Source: Mycobacteriales bacterium (GTDB taxonomy: Bacteria > Actinomycetota > Actinomycetes > Mycobacteriales > SCTD01). From it: DNA of 64,000 nucleotides. The position numbers were made by a program, and so were the translations under genes. Below the pieces are notes generated by a model. The model was not told the DNA's origin. It saw nothing but the letters and a program-made list of their open reading frames with translations, and did not search any database. The stretch lies in assembly GCA_035540755.1 (NCBI GenBank), contig DATLGD010000164.1, positions 12 to 64,011 on the forward strand, given 5' to 3'. Below, piece by piece: positions 56,294 through 64,000 of the stretch. Numbering within the stretch: position 1 is the first letter of the stretch; every line of letters begins with the position of its first letter.

Positions 56294-58426
56294 CTAGCCC
56301 AGGCGCTGCCAGCCGCTCCACGTGGAGCCGATGCGCACGGTGCGCCAGACGGCCTCGTCGGCACCGACCGCGGTGACCTCGACCCGGCCGGTGCCGGGGA
56401 CGGCGGTGACGGACGGGGCGCTGAGCAGCTTGCCGCCCAGGCTCCGCCACGTGCCGACGCCGGTCGCGCTCACGTCACGCACCCAGATGGCGCTGTCGGT
56501 GCCGCGGGCGGCGACCAGGACGTTGTCCGCCGAGGGCGACGCCGCCGAGACGTCGTCGAGCGTGCGCCCGCCGATCGCCTGCCAGGCGGACCAGCCCCTG
56601 GCCGCGGTCCAGGCCCGCCGGTGCAGCTGCCCGTCCAGGCCGACGACGACGACCTCGTAGCGCCCGGCGGGCGTCCACGTCGACGCGGGGCCCGTGCCGA
56701 CGAGCATGAGGCCCCCGAGCCGCTCCCAGCTGGACCACTGACCCGCCTTGTGCGAGAACCGGTAGGCCGCCGCGCCGTCGGTCTGGCGGACGAGCACGTT
56801 GAGGCTGCTGCCGCTCGCGGCGACCGACGGCCGCGACGTGACGCTGCCGCCGAGCGACGACCACCCGACCCAGCTGCTCGTGCCGGCCAGCTGTCCGTTG
56901 ACCCAGAGCTGGTCGTCGGTGCCGCGAGCGAAGACGTTGAGCACCGAGGTGCCGCGCCAGGCGGCCGTGGGGGCGCCGACCACGACGCCGCCGAGGGCGG
57001 TGGCGGGGCGCAGGGCGCCGTTCTCGATCCGACGGTGGGTCGCGGCGCCGGTCGACGAGCGCTGCACGAGATCGGTGCTCCCGGTGCTGCGCGCGGCCGT
57101 GGTGAGCGGACCCCAGCTCGGCCCGACGGCGGGAGCCGGAGCCGGCGCAGGGGCGGGTGCCGGAGCGGGTGCCGGAGAAGGCGACGGAGAAGGCGACGGT
57201 GAAGGCGCCGGCGCTGTGCTGCCGCCCTGCTGCGCCTCCCAGGCCTTCGTCCGCATGGCGGGCAGCGTGGCCATCCCGTTGTTGCCCGGGCAGTCGGTGG
57301 TGCTGACGTCCCGGTGGCCGTGGACGCGCGGCAGGGTCACGACCGTGCCCTTCTTGTAGCGGGTGCTGCCGCCGGAGGTCATCTGCACGGTGCTGCGGGG
57401 GTCCCGGCCGTACAGGCCCAGCTTCCAGCCGACCAGCTTGGCCACGGTGTCCTGCATGGCCGCGGGCGGCGTCACGCTGCTGTAGGTGCCGATCATCGAG
57501 ATGCCGACCGTGTTGGTGTTGAAGCCGCCGGCGTGCGCACCGATGACGGGCCGCTCCACGCCGCCGTGGCGGCCCTCCCAGGCGGTGCCGAACTTGTCGA
57601 CCAGGACGTTGTAGCCGATGTCGGACCACCCCAGGCTGTTGACGTGGTAGGCGTAGAAGCCGCGGATGATCCCCGGCACGTCGCTCGCCGTGTAGGAGTT
57701 CGAGCTGGCGGTGTGGTGGATGGTCGCCGCGCTGAGGGTCGAGGAGTAGGACGGGCTGCCCTTGCGGATCGACTCGTCGGCGCCCCACTGCGCACGGGTG
57801 CGGATCGCGGGCCTCGCGGCGGCGGCGTGAGCGGTCGACGCCGGGGCGCCGGTGCGCACGACCGCCGCGTCGGCCGGTGACTCGCCCGGGTCGATGAGCT
57901 CGAGCCGCACCTTGCGGGGAGCGGCTCCGGACACGACGTCGACCCGCGCCTGCACGCCGTCGGCCTCGCCGACCCACAGCGGAGAGGTGCCGGCGCGGCC
58001 GGTGGCCGCGTCGAGGTGCTGCAGGTCGGGCTCCTCGTCGGCGAGGCCGCCGATGTCCTCCCAGTCCGACCAGGTGCCGTCCGTGCGGGTGCGGACGAAC
58101 GCCTCGACCTCACCCACCTCCGGGCCGTGCTCCCAGGTGACGCCGACCATCTCGAACGGCTGCGTGCTGCGCTCTGCGGTGAGGGCGAGCGTGCGCCGGC
58201 TCCGGCCGGCGGCGGCGAGGTCGCTGCGCCGGGCAACGGCGGGCGCCCCGACCTCGGGCACCGCCGGTGCGCTCGCGGCGGCCACCGGCTCCACGGCGTC
58301 GAGGGCGACCGTGACGACCTCCGGCGCCACCGGCCGCGGGGCCGGCTCCGGTCGGTCGACCACCGGGAGCGCCAGCAGGACCGGGGTCAGGACGGACAGC
58401 AGGGCCAGGTCACGGGGCTTGCGCAC
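56294..58426 (-). CDS. Secreted N-acetylmuramoyl-L-alanine amidase (Amidase_2/PGRP type) fused to a C-terminal Trp-rich beta-propeller repeat domain
   Basis: 710 aa from GTG 58426, with GGAG 8 nt upstream. After the signal/TM segment comes the amidase core: RAQWGADES, ATIHHTAS, FYAYHVNSLGWSDIGYNVLVDKFG..WEGR, GAHAGGFNTNTVGISMIG. A (PS)n(PA)n linker follows, then repeats WVGWSSLGG, WSSWERLGG, WSAWQAIGG, WRSLGG, ending in WSGWQRLG. Confidence 0.8.
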   Translation of the reverse strand: MRKPRDLALLSVLTPVLLALPVVDRPEPAPRPVAPEVVTVALDAVEPVAAASAPAVPEVGAPAVARRSDLAAAGRSRRTLALTAERSTQPFEMVGVTWEHGPEVGEVEAFVRTRTDGTWSDWEDIGGLADEEPDLQHLDAATGRAGTSPLWVGEADGVQARVDVVSGAAPRKVRLELIDPGESPADAAVVRTGAPASTAHAAAARPAIRTRAQWGADESIRKGSPSYSSTLSAATIHHTASSNSYTASDVPGIIRGFYAYHVNSLGWSDIGYNVLVDKFGTAWEGRHGGVERPVIGAHAGGFNTNTVGISMIGTYSSVTPPAAMQDTVAKLVGWKLGLYGRDPRSTVQMTSGGSTRYKKGTVVTLPRVHGHRDVSTTDCPGNNGMATLPAMRTKAWEAQQGGSTAPAPSPSPSPSPSPAPAPAPAPAPAPAPAVGPSWGPLTTAARSTGSTDLVQRSSTGAATHRRIENGALRPATALGGVVVGAPTAAWRGTSVLNVFARGTDDQLWVNGQLAGTSSWVGWSSLGGSVTSRPSVAASGSSLNVLVRQTDGAAAYRFSHKAGQWSSWERLGGLMLVGTGPASTWTPAGRYEVVVVGLDGQLHRRAWTAARGWSAWQAIGGRTLDDVSAASPSADNVLVAARGTDSAIWVRDVSATGVGTWRSLGGKLLSAPSVTAVPGTGRVEVTAVGADEAVWRTVRIGSTWSGWQRLG
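57128..57210 (-). repeat. Low-complexity dinucleotide-codon repeat encoding a (Pro-Ser)n(Pro-Ala)n linker
   Basis: The region encodes APSPSPSPSPSPAPAPAPAPAPAPAPA, between the amidase domain and the propeller domain. Confidence 0.85.
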
Positions 58427-58754
58427 GCGAGGAGCTCCAAACGTCTCACCGGCGACACGGCACTGGACCGGGCGGCCTTCCGGGCCGCCGCGTCCGCGTC
58501 GACGAGGTCTTCCTGCTGTTCGACCGGTTCCCCCGCAGGCTTGACCCCGCAAGGAGCGCCGCTTGTCACAGCAGCCACAGGAGTCTCACCGGGATCGGAG
58601 CCGTTGACCAGGGGTTCGGGCCGCTTTTCCCGCTTCGGCCCGCCGACCGGTCACGTTCAGTAGCAGGTCGATGACAGTCACGCTCAAGGAAGTGACGCAG
58701 AGCGACGAGAGAACGGGGGTGCCCCTCTCTGCCAGCCGCCTGGAAGGTTCGACG

Positions 58755-60116
58755 ATGACAGACCGACGGAGCTCCCGTCCTCCGGACCGCCCGACGCCCA
58801 CGCAGCGACTGCTCGCCGTCGTCCTCGCGATCGTCGCCTCCCTGGCCGCCTTCGCGGTCGCCGCGTCACCGGCGTCGGCGGCGTCGGCCGACCCCGGCGC
58901 CGAGCTCGACATGCTCACCTCGCTGAACGCCGAGCGCAGCTCCCGCGGCCTGCACACCCTCCGCGCCACCGTCGACCTCGTCGACGTCGCCCGCCGGCAC
59001 GCCGGCTGGATGGCCGACAACGGCTCGCTCCAGCACAACGGCCGGCTGGCCACGGACGTGGCGGGCTGGACGATGCTGTCGGAGAACGTCGGCTACAGCG
59101 GCAACCCGACGACCCTGCACAACGCGCTCATGAACAGCACCGGCCACCGGGCCAACATCCTCGACGGCCGTCCCACCCAGGTCGGCGTCGGCGCGGCGCG
59201 CGACTCCCGCGGCGTCCTGTGGGTCACCCAGGTGTTCCGCCGTCCGGATGCCTCGACGGTCAACGCCCCCACCGCCGTGCTCGGCCTCGGTGCCGCCGGG
59301 ACGCCCGATGTGGCAGTGGCCTCGGTCGGCACCCTGTACACCGCCGAGCGCGGCTCCGACGGCACCACCGGCGTGCGCCTGATGACCGACTCCGGGTTCT
59401 CCGGCGGCGCGACGCCGCTGGGCGGAGCCAGCCTGGAGTCGCCGGCGATCGACGCCACACCGAAGGGGCAGATCAGCGTCGTCGCCCGCGGCACCGACAG
59501 GGCGCTGTGGCTGCGCAGCAAGGCCGACTCCGGGTCGGGCTGGCAGCCCTGGCTGCGGCTCGGCGGGAGCGGCACCTCCCGCCCTGCGGTGGCGTCGTGG
59601 GCCCAGGGCCGGCTCGACGTCGTCGTGCGCGGTGGCGACGGTGCCCTGTGGCACCGCAGCCAGACCTCCCCCGGCTCCTGGACCGGCTGGATGCCGCTCG
59701 GCGGCGCCATCGCCGAGGGGGCCGACGCCGACATCGTGTCGACCGGCTTCGGCAAGCTGACGGTCGCCGTGCAGGGCCGCGACTCCCAGATCTGGGCGCG
59801 CAGCTTCTCGCTCGGCTCCGGCTGGACCCCGTGGACGCCGCTGCGCGGGCACTCCAAGGGCGGCCCGACGCTGTCGTCCCCCGGCAGCGGCCGCGTCGTC
59901 GTCGCGATGAAGGGACTGGACGACGCCGGCTGGACGATGAACCTCGACGGCGGCCGGCTCGGGAGCTGGAACCGCCTGGGCGGTGTGCTGAAGACCGCAC
60001 CGACCTCCGCCGGCAGCGGCGGCCGCGTGGACGTGGTGACCGTCGGCACCGACGGCCTGCTCTACCGCGTCACGCAGGTCGACGGCCGCTGGTCCTCCTG
60101 GCGCCGCGTCAGCTGA
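58755..60116 (+). CDS. Secreted CAP/SCP (PR-1-like) domain protein fused to a C-terminal Trp-rich beta-propeller repeat domain
   Basis: 453 aa from the ATG at 58755; the track ORF starts at 58671. Signal peptide LLAVVLAIVASLAAFAVAASPASA. CAP domain: LNAERSSRGLHTL.....ARRHAGWMA..GSLQHN....NVGY......LHNALMNSTGHRANIL....QVGVG......LWVTQVF. Repeats include WQPWLRLGG, WTGWMPLGG, WTPWTPLRG, WNRLGG and end in WSSWRRVS. Confidence 0.75.
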   Translation: MTDRRSSRPPDRPTPTQRLLAVVLAIVASLAAFAVAASPASAASADPGAELDMLTSLNAERSSRGLHTLRATVDLVDVARRHAGWMADNGSLQHNGRLATDVAGWTMLSENVGYSGNPTTLHNALMNSTGHRANILDGRPTQVGVGAARDSRGVLWVTQVFRRPDASTVNAPTAVLGLGAAGTPDVAVASVGTLYTAERGSDGTTGVRLMTDSGFSGGATPLGGASLESPAIDATPKGQISVVARGTDRALWLRSKADSGSGWQPWLRLGGSGTSRPAVASWAQGRLDVVVRGGDGALWHRSQTSPGSWTGWMPLGGAIAEGADADIVSTGFGKLTVAVQGRDSQIWARSFSLGSGWTPWTPLRGHSKGGPTLSSPGSGRVVVAMKGLDDAGWTMNLDGGRLGSWNRLGGVLKTAPTSAGSGGRVDVVTVGTDGLLYRVTQVDGRWSSWRRVS

Positions 60117-60126
60117 CCTCGGCTGG

Positions 60127-62439
60127 CTACGCCTCCACGGCGGCCGGTCCCTCGGGGGCCGGCCGCCGTCGGCGTCCGCGGGGCCGGGCGGTCGACAGCG
60201 GCACCAGCACCGAACCGACCCCGAGTGCCACCAGCGAGGCGCCGGCCAGCACGGTGAGTCGCAGCACGCGGGGCGATCGATACGTCAGCTCGAGCCGGCC
60301 GGCGTCCCCGGGAGCGACGTCGACCGCGACGAGCAGGTCCCCGTGCCGCTGCACCTCGACCGGCTCCCCGTCGAGGGTGGCGGAGTACCCGGGGAACCAG
60401 AGCCGCGCGAACACCAGGCGGCCCTCCTCCGTCCCGCCCCGGACGTCCACGCACTCGTGGTTCGGACCGGCGCCGCACTCCTGTTCGGTGACCGCCGCCA
60501 CCGCCGTGCCGGGGGACACGTAGGACAGCAGGCCCGGCAGGTCGTAGGTCGGTCCGCGGTAGGTGGCGGTCCACTCCCCCTCGGACGTCCGGGTCCAGGG
60601 TGCACCGAGGACGTCCTCGAGCTCGTCGGCGCGGTCGCCGAGCAGCGCGATGACCTGGTCCACGCGGAGCAGCTCGAGCCAGGTCACGCCGGTCGCGGGG
60701 TCGAAGGCGGCGAAGCGCGCCGCTCCGCCGGCGCGGAAGTTGCCCTGGTCGTCCATCGGGAAGCGGTCCCGGAAGAAGCGGTTGCCCAGCGGGCTGTAGC
60801 CGTTGACCTGCCGGGTGCCGGCCATCAGGCCGGTCGAGGACGGGTGGTACTCCGCGTAGAACGAGCGCAGCTCCTCGGCGCTGGCGTCAGTGCGCGGATA
60901 GGTGCCGTAGAAGAGCGTGTAGTCCTCGAGGCTGAGCGGCTCGACGGTGCGCAGGTCGCTCGGGAAGCCGTAGTCGATGCCTCGCGGCTCAGGGTGCAGC
61001 ACCGCCAGCCAGCCCAGCAGCAGGACCGTGCCTGAGGCGATCACGGCGTCGGCGAGCGGGCCGCGCCAGCGGGCGGCGCGGGCATGCGATCGGCTCCCGA
61101 GCCACCAGGTCGCCGCGACGAGGGCGGCGAGCGCCAGGCACAGCGGCAGGATCCGGTCCCCGCCCAGCGGGTCGGCCTGCAGCGAGTTGAGCGTCAGCAG
61201 GGCCACCAGCCCGAGCAGCACCCCGAGCCTGCGGCGGGTGAAGGCGAAGCTGCCCCGGGCCACCAGGAGCGCCGCGGTCACCAGCAGGAAGAAGCCGAAG
61301 TACTGCAGGAAGCGGGTCGGGAAGCGGAACACGAGCACGCGCTCGGGACCGAGCGCTCCCAACGCGGCCAGGACCACGGCGGCGACCGCGGTCAGCAGCA
61401 GCGCCCGGGTGCGCGCCTCGAACGGCCCCCGTCGCCAGAGCACCAGCACCGGCAGCACGAACCAGGCGACGTAGAAGTGCGGCAGCTCCTGCCGGGCCAG
61501 CCCGCCGAAGTTGACGAACCAGCCCCAGTAGCTGGGGTCGGCGAAGTGCAGCAGGCCCTCCAGCGGCACCACGTTGAAGTTGGCGTTGTTGCGCATGCCG
61601 GCGCTGCGGGTGGCCAGCGCGAAGGACGCGACCAGGGGGTACAGGGCCACCAGCGACGCGATGACGCCGCCGGCGTACCAGGCGCCGAGCCATGCCGTGT
61701 CGCGGCGCGGCGCCCGCAGCGCCAGCCGCGCCAGCAGCAGCGTGGCCACGACGATGCCGAGGAACGGGATGGCCAGCGGCCACCCGCTCGTGCAGGCGCC
61801 GTAGGTGCCGAGCAGCACGGCCCAGCCGTACCGGCGGCGCGGCTGCTGGTGGAAGGCCATCGCCGCGGCGACGGCCACGACGAACCAGGTGAAGGACGTC
61901 ACCGCCTGGTACCAGCCCGCTCCCCACACCCACGTGTAGGGCTGGAAGCCCACCGACACGGCGAAGGCCACGGTCCAGCCCGCGGACAGCCCGAGCGTGC
62001 GGCCGAGCCAGGCCGCCGCCGCGGTGAGGACCACGGCGTGGACGAGGAAGTAGACGAACGAGCCGAACGCGACGTCGTCCACGCCGGCCAGGAACACGCT
62101 GAGCGCGACGTTGACCGGGTTGTAGATGGCGTTCTGGTACTCGATCGCGTGCCCGCTGCTCTCGACGAGGTCGGTGCTGAGCCACGGCCAGTGGCCCGAC
62201 CGGACGATGCGCCCGATGTCGATGAGCTTGGGGACGGCGTCGGCCTGCCGGTCGTCGACGAAGAAGAAGCGGGAGTTGCGCAGGTACAGCAGGGACACCA
62301 GGCCGGCCACCGCGAGCACCGACACGGCCCCCGACAGCGGGCCGCTCCAGGTGCGAGGGCGGGGGCGCTCCGCGACCGGCCAGGGGGCCCCCCGGACGTC
62401 CGGTGCGCTCAGGGTGTCCACCGGCGCGGCTGTGCGCAT
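60127..62439 (-). CDS. Large polytopic membrane protein with YfhO-like (GT-C glycosyltransferase-like) architecture
   Basis: 770 aa. About 12-14 TM segments fill the first ~480 aa, followed by a ~240-aa soluble (extracytoplasmic) domain and one C-terminal TM anchor (LAGASLVALGVGSVLVPL). A motif near the end, LWFPGYSATLDGEPV, resembles the YfhO C-terminal pattern. The call rests on architecture and is not verified. Confidence 0.55.
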   Translation of the reverse strand: MRTAAPVDTLSAPDVRGAPWPVAERPRPRTWSGPLSGAVSVLAVAGLVSLLYLRNSRFFFVDDRQADAVPKLIDIGRIVRSGHWPWLSTDLVESSGHAIEYQNAIYNPVNVALSVFLAGVDDVAFGSFVYFLVHAVVLTAAAAWLGRTLGLSAGWTVAFAVSVGFQPYTWVWGAGWYQAVTSFTWFVVAVAAAMAFHQQPRRRYGWAVLLGTYGACTSGWPLAIPFLGIVVATLLLARLALRAPRRDTAWLGAWYAGGVIASLVALYPLVASFALATRSAGMRNNANFNVVPLEGLLHFADPSYWGWFVNFGGLARQELPHFYVAWFVLPVLVLWRRGPFEARTRALLLTAVAAVVLAALGALGPERVLVFRFPTRFLQYFGFFLLVTAALLVARGSFAFTRRRLGVLLGLVALLTLNSLQADPLGGDRILPLCLALAALVAATWWLGSRSHARAARWRGPLADAVIASGTVLLLGWLAVLHPEPRGIDYGFPSDLRTVEPLSLEDYTLFYGTYPRTDASAEELRSFYAEYHPSSTGLMAGTRQVNGYSPLGNRFFRDRFPMDDQGNFRAGGAARFAAFDPATGVTWLELLRVDQVIALLGDRADELEDVLGAPWTRTSEGEWTATYRGPTYDLPGLLSYVSPGTAVAAVTEQECGAGPNHECVDVRGGTEEGRLVFARLWFPGYSATLDGEPVEVQRHGDLLVAVDVAPGDAGRLELTYRSPRVLRLTVLAGASLVALGVGSVLVPLSTARPRGRRRRPAPEGPAAVEA

Positions 62440-62570
62440 CGTTCCTTCACGTGTCGGCTCGGGCCTGGGCCGAGGACGGAACGCCCTCCGGCCGGTGCCG
62501 GCGGCGGCGCGCAGTGCGGCTCGCCGCTCCTGCCGGATCGGACCCTAGCCTGCGGCGCGGCCGTCGCGGA

Positions 62571-63140
62571 CTAGGACGCGGCCGCCGAGACGATGTCGAT
62601 GACGAAGACCAGGGTGCTGTTCGGCGGGATCGGTCCCTGACCCGTCGGTCCGTAGCCCAGCTCGCTCGGGATGACGATCTCCCGCCGTCCGCCCTCGCGC
62701 ATGCCGAGCACCCCCTGGTCGAAGCCGGGGATGAGGTTGCCGCCGCCGGCCTGGAACGGCAGCGTGCTCTCCGGCCCCCGCCGCCAGGAGGCGTCGAAGA
62801 CCTCCCCGGTCTCGTAGAAGGCGCCGACGTACCGGGCCTGGACCTGCACGCCCTCGACCACCTCGGCGCCCTCGCCGACGACGACGTCGCGGACCACCAG
62901 CCCGCAGGGCGGCAGCTCCTCGCTGGGCTCGACCACCGGCTGCACGGCCAGGTCGGTCGAGGTGCTCGGACGCGGCTCCTGCACCTCGGGCACGTCGTCG
63001 CACGGCGTCGCCGGCGCGGCGGCGGTCGGCGTGGCCTCGGTGGCCTGCACCGTCGGGTCGTCGCCGTCCCCGCCGCAGCCGGCGAGCAGGACGGCCGAGA
63101 CGAGGGCAGCGGCCGCCCAGCGGCCGGTGCGGGCGCTCAC
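62571..63140 (-). CDS. FKBP-type peptidyl-prolyl isomerase lipoprotein
   Basis: 189 aa with the lipobox AVLLAGCGG and an FKBP core ([58 protein letters not shown]). A 4-nt overlap joins it to prcA. Confidence 0.87.
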   Translation of the reverse strand: MSARTGRWAAAALVSAVLLAGCGGDGDDPTVQATEATPTAAAPATPCDDVPEVQEPRPSTSTDLAVQPVVEPSEELPPCGLVVRDVVVGEGAEVVEGVQVQARYVGAFYETGEVFDASWRRGPESTLPFQAGGGNLIPGFDQGVLGMREGGRREIVIPSELGYGPTGQGPIPPNSTLVFVIDIVSAAAS

Positions 63141-63841
63141 GACCCCGCCGGGTCGAGCAGGCGCGCGAGGCGGGTGCCCTGCAGGCGCGAGAACGCGCGG
63201 CGCGGTCGGGTCCGGTCGAGCACAGCGGCCTCCAGGGCCTCGGGGGCGATGGTGCGCCGTTCGCCGTCGGAACCGGCGGCGCCGAGCGCCTCGACCCCCA
63301 GACGTAGAGCGGCGTCGAGGGGCGCGGAAGGGTCGTGCTGGTCGCGCACGTGCGCGGCGATCGGGTCGGCGGCGCCGCCCATGACGACGAAGCCGTGCTC
63401 CTCGGCCACGGAGCCGTCGTAGGTGAGCCGGTAGATCTGGTCCTCGGCCTGCGAGCCGCCCACCTCCGCGACGACAAGCTCGACCTCGTACGGCTTGCCC
63501 GACTCGGTGAAGATCGTGCCGAGCGTCTGCGCGTAGGCGTTGGCCAGACCGCGGCTGGTGACGTCGCGCCGGTCGTACTGGTAGCCGCGCAGGTCGGCGT
63601 ACCGCACGCCGGCCAGGCGCAGGTTCTCGAACTCGTTGTACTTGCCGACGGCGGCGAAGGCGATCCGGTCGTAGATCTCGCTGATCTTGTGCAGCGCGCC
63701 GTTGGGGTTCTCCCCGACGAACAGGATGCCGTCGGCCCAGGTCAGCACGAGCACCGAGCGGCCGCGCGCGATGCCCTTGCGCGCGAAGTCGCTCTTGTCC
63801 TTCATGATCTGCTCGGGCGACACGTAGAACGGCATCGACAC
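63137..63841 (-). CDS. prcA: 20S proteasome alpha subunit
   Basis: 234 aa: [30 protein letters not shown]...[49 protein letters not shown]. Confidence 0.92.
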   Translation of the reverse strand: MSMPFYVSPEQIMKDKSDFARKGIARGRSVLVLTWADGILFVGENPNGALHKISEIYDRIAFAAVGKYNEFENLRLAGVRYADLRGYQYDRRDVTSRGLANAYAQTLGTIFTESGKPYEVELVVAEVGGSQAEDQIYRLTYDGSVAEEHGFVVMGGAADPIAAHVRDQHDPSAPLDAALRLGVEALGAAGSDGERRTIAPEALEAAVLDRTRPRRAFSRLQGTRLARLLDPAGS

Positions 63842-63902
63842 GGCGGTCGGTCTCCTCGGGGCTGCGTTGCTGCGGAGTGCGGGAGGGCGTGGCGGGCGGG
63901 CG

Positions 63903-64000
63903 TCAGCCGCCGGGCTGGGTCATCCGGTCGTCGACGACGGCCTGCACCACCGCGCCGATCTCGTCGTCGGCGAGCGTGCGCACGCCCTCGTCGGTGGCCG
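63903..64000 (-). CDS. prcB: 20S proteasome beta subunit, C-terminal fragment (gene continues beyond the window)
   Basis: The minus-strand frame ending at the TGA (63905-63903) reads ...[31 protein letters not shown]. The position immediately upstream of prcA supports the call, but too little sequence is present for a firm family assignment. Confidence 0.55.
   Translation of the reverse strand, partial: ATDEGVRTLADDEIGAVVQAVVDDRMTQPGG

Noticed and set aside
58427-58754. Possible ydaO-type c-di-AMP riboswitch upstream of the amidase gene
   Set aside because: The minus-strand leader contains CCCGAACCCC and GCGGGGGAACC-like strings, and such riboswitches often precede actinobacterial wall hydrolases. 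However, the elements are in the wrong order. The hallmark GGGGUGAA and CAGCUAACCUCG segments are absent. I could not draw the pseudo-two-fold architecture.
42433-62439. Classification of the 20-kb block as a mobile genomic island or prophage remnant
   Set aside because: There is no integrase, transposase, tRNA attachment site, flanking direct repeat or phage gene, and no obvious compositional shift by eye. It is better described as a lineage-specific chromosomal insertion or expansion.

Overview
The window is a very high-GC actinobacterial chromosomal segment (>70% GC by eye) with about 60 protein genes. I found no rRNA, tRNA, CRISPR array, integrase or transposase. All product calls come from reading the supplied translations against remembered family signatures; no database search was run.

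The backbone shows classical actinobacterial synteny, comparable to M. tuberculosis:
- MerR regulator, tandem glycine riboswitch, gcvP
- a yybP-ykoY (Mn2+) riboswitch upstream of a GDT1/UPF0016 exporter
- rbpA, fxsA, ppm1, lnt
- lat-pcd (lysine catabolism)
- a CoA-transferase / TPP-enzyme / acyl-CoA dehydrogenase trio
- lpqY-sugABC
- 5'-3' exonuclease, helY, tatC, tatA, pafC, pafB ... pafA ... prcA, prcB(partial)

The main finding is a roughly 20-kb block (42.4-62.4 kb) lying between pafA and prcA and bracketed by two FKBP genes. It contains three parts:
- A nine-gene operon, with 4-nt start/stop overlaps at six of its eight junctions. It encodes three tandem paralogous CgeB-like glycosyltransferases, a GT4, a Gfo/Idh/MocA oxidoreductase, a Zn-dehydrogenase, two SDR epimerases and a small HxD dioxygenase. 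A UDP-xylose synthase gene is transcribed divergently from it.
- Four secreted proteins with different peptidoglycan-related N-terminal domains: an M15/LAS-type peptidase, SpoIID/LytB, an Amidase_2 domain and a CAP/SCP domain. Each is fused to the same C-terminal Trp-rich, lectin-like beta-propeller repeat module.
- A 770-aa polytopic membrane protein with YfhO-like (GT-C) architecture.

I propose, as inference only, that this block is a surface-glycan system coupled to glycan-targeted cell-wall hydrolases.

Other observations:
- pafA has no canonical start codon; an ATC aligns with Met1 of PafA.
- A ~330-nt highly structured leader or ncRNA candidate lies upstream of lnt.
- An HTH gene is interrupted by an in-frame TAA and an apparent frameshift.
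- A PafBC-box-like TGTCAGTG sits upstream of a small zinc-ribbon gene next to pafC.

Many long ORFs in the supplied track are antisense or out-of-frame artefacts of high GC and were rejected.
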